Origin: Chiloscyllium plagiosum
Taxonomy: Eukaryota
Assembly (NCBI RefSeq): GCF_004010195.1
Contig: NC_057719.1
Span: forward strand, 42,431,820-42,495,819
Direction of reading: 5' to 3'
DNA: 64,000 nucleotides
The notes beneath the pieces are model-generated. The model saw only the letters and a list, made by a program, of their open reading frames with translations, had not been told where the DNA came from and did not search any database. Shown in pieces: positions 63,190-64,000 of the stretch; the stretch's first letter is position 1; each line of letters begins with the position of its first letter. The position numbers and the translations under genes were made by a program.

Positions 63190-64000
63190 CAGGAGTAAAT
63201 AGGACCAAACTGTGGGGATGAATGGTAAAAATGTAATTAATGGCATTTTACTTGAATGCTCATCATATTCAGAACAAGTTAACGGCATCAGTACAGGTTA
63301 ACTGGTATGATCTTATTGGCAGCACTGTCAGTATAGGATGGAAGATGCTAATGGTAGGAGGAGTCTCTCTGCCCCTAAAAGCAGTTGTATGGTAAGCCAG
63401 AAAATACAACAGGTGATAATGAGCATACGTAATAATGGCAGTACATTAATCATGAGGACTTGAATCTTCACATAGATTAGGAAAATCAAATTGTTAGAGA
63501 TAGCCATGAGGAGGAATTCAAAAAGTGTGATTTTCGGATAGTTTTCTAGAACAATATGTTGTGGATTCAACCAGAGATCAGGCTATTTTGGATCTGGTGA
63601 TGTATAATGAACCAAGTTTAATAAACAATGTCAGAGTCAAAGATCCCCTAGGAAACTGCGACCATATGGTGTAGAATTTAGCATTCAGTTTGAGGGGAGG
63701 AATCTTTGTTTGGAAACAACCATACTAAAAACTTCAATAAAATGTAATTACAAAGGAATCAGATGTTTAAGAAAAATAGTTGATAATTCACAACAAAGAC
63801 ATAGTCTGATAAGGAGGAATGATTCCAGGAAGGGGATAAACCCCTTAGGGACCAGGCTAGGGAAATGATAATGGGAACCAGGAAATGGCAGGAGTTGAAT
63901 AATTTGTATCAGTCTTTACAGTGAAAGAAACTAATACCACTCCAAAAATACAAAAAGAAAATCAAGAGTTGGGATATCTGGTGGGCATAGACAAGCTGGA
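63190..64000 (+). mobile_element. Degenerate CR1 ORF2 endonuclease region
   Basis: FYLNA, YDLIG, FLEQYV..PTRDQAILDLV, DH motifs with frameshifts. Confidence 0.7.

Noticed and set aside
59125..64000. First AKT coding exon (M..V.IVKEGWLHKR) or promoter
   Set aside because: No matching sequence or CpG island seen; it must lie beyond the window

Overview
Vertebrate genomic DNA, almost certainly an elasmobranch (shark), inferred from HE1/V-SINE, Deu-domain SINE, CR1 and Penelope repeats. The whole window lies inside one minus-strand AKT1-like (PKB-alpha) kinase gene. I reconstructed 11 consecutive GT-AG coding exons (129,112,145,132,66,69,126,129,215,88,103 bp) whose sizes and phases match human AKT1 as recalled, except that the linker exon is 3 bp shorter. 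The first and last coding exons lie outside the window. The protein has AKT1-diagnostic motifs but a divergent PH-kinase linker and substitutions at residues shared by human AKT1/2/3, so it may be a divergent paralogue. Introns are packed with nested CR1, a second CR1/L2-group LINE, Rex1/Babar, tRNA-derived SINEs, solo-LTR-like elements, MITEs and Penelope-like (PLE) termini. The most notable non-coding signals are: (i) several families of PLE-derived ~90-230 bp insertions, with 10-15 bp target-site duplications, carrying minimal hammerhead-ribozyme cores whose loopless palindromic stem III covaries (ACGU vs AGCU); (ii) a 141-bp inverted copy of a neighbouring SINE flanked by a 10-bp duplication; (iii) a short telomeric array at a LINE deletion junction. 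All comparisons were made by eye, and repeat boundaries are approximate.
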